Source of the DNA: Candidatus Nanosynbacter lyticus
Lineage (GTDB): Bacteria > Patescibacteriota > Saccharimonadia > Saccharimonadales > Saccharimonadaceae
Reading direction: 5' to 3'
Length of the DNA stretch: 32,000 bases
Assembly: GCF_000803625.1 (NCBI RefSeq)
Contig: NZ_CP007496.1
Coordinates: forward strand, 660,001-692,000
The notes below the pieces were generated by a model that saw nothing but the letters and a program-made list of their open reading frames with translations, had not been told where the DNA came from and searched no databases. The position numbers were made by a program, and so were the translations under genes. Positions within the stretch are counted from its first letter, which is position 1; each line of letters begins with the position of its first letter. This document shows, piece by piece, positions 27,937 to 32,000 of the stretch.

Positions 27937-29189
27937 AACTCCCCTTTTCTCTTGTCAATTATTATAGCATCTTTTAGTGACCGCTTGTAGATAACCAACA
28001 GAAGTGCTAGTTGCAAAAAGCTGATCAGCATAAAAACTAACACACTACCCAACATCGCCAACTGCTCAATCAGGCATATAGACATCACTACCGCCAAAAC
28101 ATCTGTGAGTAGCAATGTATAAAACTGCCCCTTAAACCGACGCATAATTATCAGCAAATTAACATAAATCGACACAAAAGCGTTCGCCGCCGCGCCAATC
28201 ACCATAATAGTCAAATCAAGGCGGAAATTATTGATATTGATGCCAAAAATAACGTTAAGCATCCAAACACCAATCAAATAGCTCAGGACAACTGAAAGTA
28301 CGCCCATCCCAAAAGTTATTTGATTAATCTTACCAACAATTCGCGCGAACTCCTTCAATTTTCCTTTTGCTAATAACTCAGACAAATTCACGACATTCGG
28401 CTGAATGATAAACGATATGAAGAGTCCAAGGAGCGTAATTGGCATCGCCATAATGCCAAAATAGCCAATTTGGTCAGGATGGGACTTGTCCAAAAAATAC
28501 CGCGGGATATTGAGTGAAAACATCGTCAAAAACATCACAACGAACACCACTGAAGTGTGTTTCATGATGACAACAGCCTGGGTGATATACTCTTTGCATA
28601 ATTTTTTACTTATACTGATAGTTTCAACGCGCCGCACCCAAAGTATATCGTAGAGGAATATAATCAGCATATTAATCAATAATATTGCCAACGTGCCGTA
28701 TATGACATTTTTAGTGACAATGTCAACCGCCATGAACGCCGCAAAACCAAGCATCGCTTTCATAGTTAATGATATGCCAGCGATATATAGCTTATGATGA
28801 ATTTGCAGGACACCGTATAGCGAGTCGGCGATTGATTCTAGTATCTTAAAGGTTACCAAAATCATGATCAGACCTGTCTTTGTAGTGTTATATCCGTTAA
28901 GGAAGCAAAATGCTACCGCGGAAATCGCCACAATGAGTGATGCGACGAAGCGTACAGCAACATAGCCGCCACTCGAAAATTCCCGCTTAATATCAGATAC
29001 TTGATAGGTCCGACCACCCCATAAAGAAACCGCCCAAAACACCACCGAAAGCGACAGCGCAAACGAAAATAACCCAGAATCCTCGATGCCATTCAACCGC
29101 GTAATAACAATCAATAATACTGGTGAAATTGCACTCTGTAACAATGAACCTAACGAGTTCCAGATGTAGTCCTTTTTCTGCGATTGCAT
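27933..29189 (-). CDS. Polysaccharide flippase (Wzx/MATE-like)
   Basis: 418 aa, about 12 TM helices, 'NSLGSLLQSAISPVLLIVITRLNGIEDSGLFSFALSLSVVFWAVSLWGGRTYQVSD'. Confidence 0.85.
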   Translation of the reverse strand: MQSQKKDYIWNSLGSLLQSAISPVLLIVITRLNGIEDSGLFSFALSLSVVFWAVSLWGGRTYQVSDIKREFSSGGYVAVRFVASLIVAISAVAFCFLNGYNTTKTGLIMILVTFKILESIADSLYGVLQIHHKLYIAGISLTMKAMLGFAAFMAVDIVTKNVIYGTLAILLINMLIIFLYDILWVRRVETISISKKLCKEYITQAVVIMKHTSVVFVVMFLTMFSLNIPRYFLDKSHPDQIGYFGIMAMPITLLGLFISFIIQPNVVNLSELLAKGKLKEFARIVGKINQITFGMGVLSVVLSYLIGVWMLNVIFGININNFRLDLTIMVIGAAANAFVSIYVNLLIIMRRFKGQFYTLLLTDVLAVVMSICLIEQLAMLGSVLVFMLISFLQLALLLVIYKRSLKDAIIIDKRKGEL

Positions 29190-29195
29190 ATCATT

Positions 29196-29201
29196 AGTAT
29201 A
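29196..29201 (-). promoter_or_regulatory. Leaderless-type -10 for the flippase gene
   Basis: Minus strand TGCTATACT-AATGAT-ATG (start at 29189). Confidence 0.65.
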
Positions 29202-29247
29202 GCAAGTTTGCTCAATAAACTACTCTACTTTATAATTTGCTTAGTAT

Positions 29248-30636
29248 ATGAAAAAATATTGGTCTTTATTCTTATCTTTTATTAAAAAGCCTGAAAATGT
29301 CTTTATATCTTTGTCATTGTTTTTTGGAGTGTTGTCGGCAGCCACCGTACCTCTGCTATCAATCAATGACGAAGGTGTACATTATATGCGGGCCTATGGG
29401 CTATCCCAAGGAAAAATTGAATCAGGAGTTGCCTGTACTTTACCTAAAGAAGTGGTATTAAAAGCAAAAGAAGCAGATGTAAATAATTTCGTAACTAGCT
29501 ATAAGAAAACTATAAATCGTAGCGATACAGAGACAGGGAAATGCAGTAGCGCAACTGGCTATCCTCCAATTATGCATCTACCGCAGACAATTGGTATCAT
29601 TTTGGCAAATCTCGTACACGGTTCACTTGGGATAACTATTATATTCGGAAGATTAGCCAACCTAATATTTTATTCATTTGCTCTTTATTTCATCATAAAA
29701 TGGGTACGCGTTGGCAAATGGGCATTCGTAGCAACCGGCCTATTTCCGCTAATGATACATTTGGCAGCGTCTCTTTCCGGAGATAGTGTGACAAATATCG
29801 CAATTTTTACCGCTATTGCTGCTACATTAAATTTCTTTAGTCAAAAAAGCCCGTTAACTCGACAACAGCAGTTGCTTATTATTGCTGTAGCCTGCTTGTT
29901 AATTCTCACAAAGTCGGTAACAATACTCTTATTATCACCAGTCATTTTCTTGCCAAAGCGCCTCTTTGTTCCAGATAAAAAATCAAAAATATCTTTTATT
30001 CCGCAAAAATGGTTGGTTCTCTCAGCAGCAGCAATATTAGCAGGCCTTTGTTTAATAGCGTGGCTTCATGTATACACACAACCCCTACTCACCACTGGCG
30101 CACCGCATAATCCGCTTCATAGCAATCCGCTCAAATTTATCCAGATATTATTTAATACTTACCTAAACCCAAACCTGCCCGTATCCGACGATATCCTGAG
30201 GGGCGTGATTGGCGCATTCTCTGCTTTTAAATACGGGCTGCCACTTTTTATATTACTACCATCATTTTCCCTCCTCTTCCTCTCTCTCCTTCATTACAAC
30301 AAGAAAGACCAGGAGTTATTAGGAGAGCAGACTGGTAAATTGGCAGTGTATAATTTGGCGACAATTGGGTTGTTTGTTTGTGCAGTGTCGTATGCTATGT
30401 ATACAGCGTGGGCCTTATTGCCATTTAGGTTTGGCGAGGGAGCGTATTATGCGGATGGTGTTCAGGGTAGATATTTTACAGCAACAGCAGCTATGTTGGT
30501 GCCGGTAGGATTGTGGCTGCAGAAGTATATTAATGTGAGAACTAAGAATGACAAGGTATTTAACCTTATTATGTTCTTTGGGCTAGCTTTAGTGCTTGGG
30601 TTTTATGTTTTTGAGACGGTGTGGAAATTTAAGTAG
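29248..30636 (+). CDS. DUF2142-like polytopic membrane protein, copy 1
   Basis: 462 aa with multiple TM helices; 'SLFFGVLSAATVPLLSINDEGVHYMRAYGLSQGKIES', 'YPPIMHLPQTIGI', 'AHNPLHSNPLKFIQILFNTY'. Confidence 0.75.
   Translation: MKKYWSLFLSFIKKPENVFISLSLFFGVLSAATVPLLSINDEGVHYMRAYGLSQGKIESGVACTLPKEVVLKAKEADVNNFVTSYKKTINRSDTETGKCSSATGYPPIMHLPQTIGIILANLVHGSLGITIIFGRLANLIFYSFALYFIIKWVRVGKWAFVATGLFPLMIHLAASLSGDSVTNIAIFTAIAATLNFFSQKSPLTRQQQLLIIAVACLLILTKSVTILLLSPVIFLPKRLFVPDKKSKISFIPQKWLVLSAAAILAGLCLIAWLHVYTQPLLTTGAPHNPLHSNPLKFIQILFNTYLNPNLPVSDDILRGVIGAFSAFKYGLPLFILLPSFSLLFLSLLHYNKKDQELLGEQTGKLAVYNLATIGLFVCAVSYAMYTAWALLPFRFGEGAYYADGVQGRYFTATAAMLVPVGLWLQKYINVRTKNDKVFNLIMFFGLALVLGFYVFETVWKFK
30265..30572 (+). 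repeat. Direct repeat, copy A
   Basis: 308 bp 'TTTTCCCTCCTCTTCC...AACCTTATTAT', identical by eye to 31693-32000; the offset is 1428 bp. Confidence 0.93.
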
Positions 30637-30675
30637 CTATCCTAATCATGACAATGTGCTAGAATAAAAACAGTT

Positions 30676-32000
30676 ATGAAAAAATATTGGTCTTTATTCT
30701 TATATTTTATTAAAAAGCCTGAAAATGTCTTTATATCTTTGTCATTGTTCTTTGGAGTATTGTCGGCAATACTAGTCCCTCAGTTATCTGTAAGCGATGA
30801 AAATATGCATTACCTGCGAGCTTACGGAATATCTCAAGGCCGCGTAGAATCTGGATCACATTGTACGCTTCCAAAAGATGTTGCTAAAAGAGCTGGGTCG
30901 GTTTACGAAGGTAATTTTTCTGCAGACTACTCTAAGCCTATAGACCGCAATACATTAGATGTTGATAAATGTAGTAGTGCATCTGGCTATCCGCCAATTA
31001 TGCACCTGCCGCAAGCAATCGGCATTAATATAGCAAATCTATTTGGAGGATCTACTGGGTTAACTATTCTGTTTGGACGAATTGCTAATATAATTTTTTA
31101 TTCAGTAGCCGTCTTTTTCGTCATAAAATGGGTACGCGTTGGCAAATGGGCATTTACGGCAATTGGGCTTATCCCTCTTATGGTTCATATGGCCGCTTCA
31201 CTATCAAGCGACTGCATGACAAATGTGGCAGTCTTTACAATTACTGCTTTTACCTTGAACCTATTCACCCAAAAGGACAAGTTATCACATAAACAAACAG
31301 TCGCTCTTATCTGTATAGGAGTATTCCTTACTCTAACCAAATCTGTAAATGCCTTACTACTATTTCCTCTTCTGTTTTTACCAAAGCGTCTATTCTCACC
31401 CAACAAAAACGAACGTCTGCCATTTAATATTCAGAAGTGGGCTATATTAACAGTAACTGGTGTTGCCGCGATTATTAGCATACTAATTTGGCAGAAAATA
31501 TTTGGACAGCCGTTACTTACGTTAGGCGCAGCGCACAATCCGCTCCACAGTAATCCATTAAAGTTTATTGCCATACTGTTTAACACCTACATTAGCCCAA
31601 CTATCGGATACACGGATGTTGTATTACGTGGTAGCGTTGGTGATTTTTCATCCTTTAAATACCACCTGCCTTTGTTTGTGTTGATACCGCTCTTTTCCCT
31701 CCTCTTCCTCTCTCTCCTTCATTACAACAAGAAAGACCAGGAGTTATTAGGAGAGCAGACTGGTAAATTGGCAGTGTATAATTTGGCGACAATTGGGTTG
31801 TTTGTTTGTGCAGTGTCGTATGCTATGTATACAGCGTGGGCCTTATTGCCATTTAGGTTTGGCGAGGGAGCGTATTATGCGGATGGTGTTCAGGGTAGAT
31901 ATTTTACAGCAACAGCAGCTATGTTGGTGCCGGTAGGATTGTGGCTGCAGAAGTATATTAATGTGAGAACTAAGAATGACAAGGTATTTAACCTTATTAT
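30676..32000 (+). CDS. DUF2142-like polytopic membrane protein, copy 2 (runs off the right edge)
   Basis: My translation from ATG 30676 stays open to the window end: MKKYWSLFLYFIKKPENVFISLSLFFGVLSAILVPQLSVSDENMHYLRAYGISQGRVESG... Not in the ORF track because no stop falls in the window. Confidence 0.75.
   Translation, partial: MKKYWSLFLYFIKKPENVFISLSLFFGVLSAILVPQLSVSDENMHYLRAYGISQGRVESGSHCTLPKDVAKRAGSVYEGNFSADYSKPIDRNTLDVDKCSSASGYPPIMHLPQAIGINIANLFGGSTGLTILFGRIANIIFYSVAVFFVIKWVRVGKWAFTAIGLIPLMVHMAASLSSDCMTNVAVFTITAFTLNLFTQKDKLSHKQTVALICIGVFLTLTKSVNALLLFPLLFLPKRLFSPNKNERLPFNIQKWAILTVTGVAAIISILIWQKIFGQPLLTLGAAHNPLHSNPLKFIAILFNTYISPTIGYTDVVLRGSVGDFSSFKYHLPLFVLIPLFSLLFLSLLHYNKKDQELLGEQTGKLAVYNLATIGLFVCAVSYAMYTAWALLPFRFGEGAYYADGVQGRYFTATAAMLVPVGLWLQKYINVRTKNDKVFNLI
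31693..32000 (+). repeat. Direct repeat, copy B (may continue past the window)
   Basis: Same 308 bp at offset +1428, no mismatch or indel found by eye. Confidence 0.93.

Overview
This 32 kb window has standard code usage (TGA used as stop) and looks like a Saccharibacteria/TM7-type (Patescibacteria) chromosome; that taxonomic guess is inference from gene content only. Left to right: (1) a leftward defence island in one tightly overlapping transcription unit: hsdM, a truncated RhuM-like ORF, a KAP-type P-loop NTPase, hsdS and a standalone reverse transcriptase, running off the left edge with no hsdR in the window; (2) radC; (3) a leftward anaerobic ribonucleotide reductase operon: nrdD, nrdG-like radical SAM activase, an FNR-type flavin reductase and an orphan acidic protein with a Cx2Cx2Cx5C motif, preceded by two NrdR-like boxes embedded in the promoter; (4) an APH-like kinase; (5) a secreted GH16 beta-glucanase-like protein with LRR-like repeats and a C-terminal LASTG-plus-TM tail; (6) tRNA-Asn(GUU); (7) a LexA-N-terminal-only regulator divergent from a large rhamnose/polysaccharide cluster containing an O-antigen-ligase-like protein, an initiating sugar transferase, several glycosyltransferases, rfbBCDA, a second rfbD-like gene, a flippase and two tandem DUF2142-like membrane proteins sharing at least 308 bp of identical 3' sequence. 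The two strongest candidates for something new are the type I R-M/KAP/RT locus and a repeated leaderless-start signature (TATAMT-N6-ATG at 8 starts). All protein assignments come from reading motifs; no database search was run.
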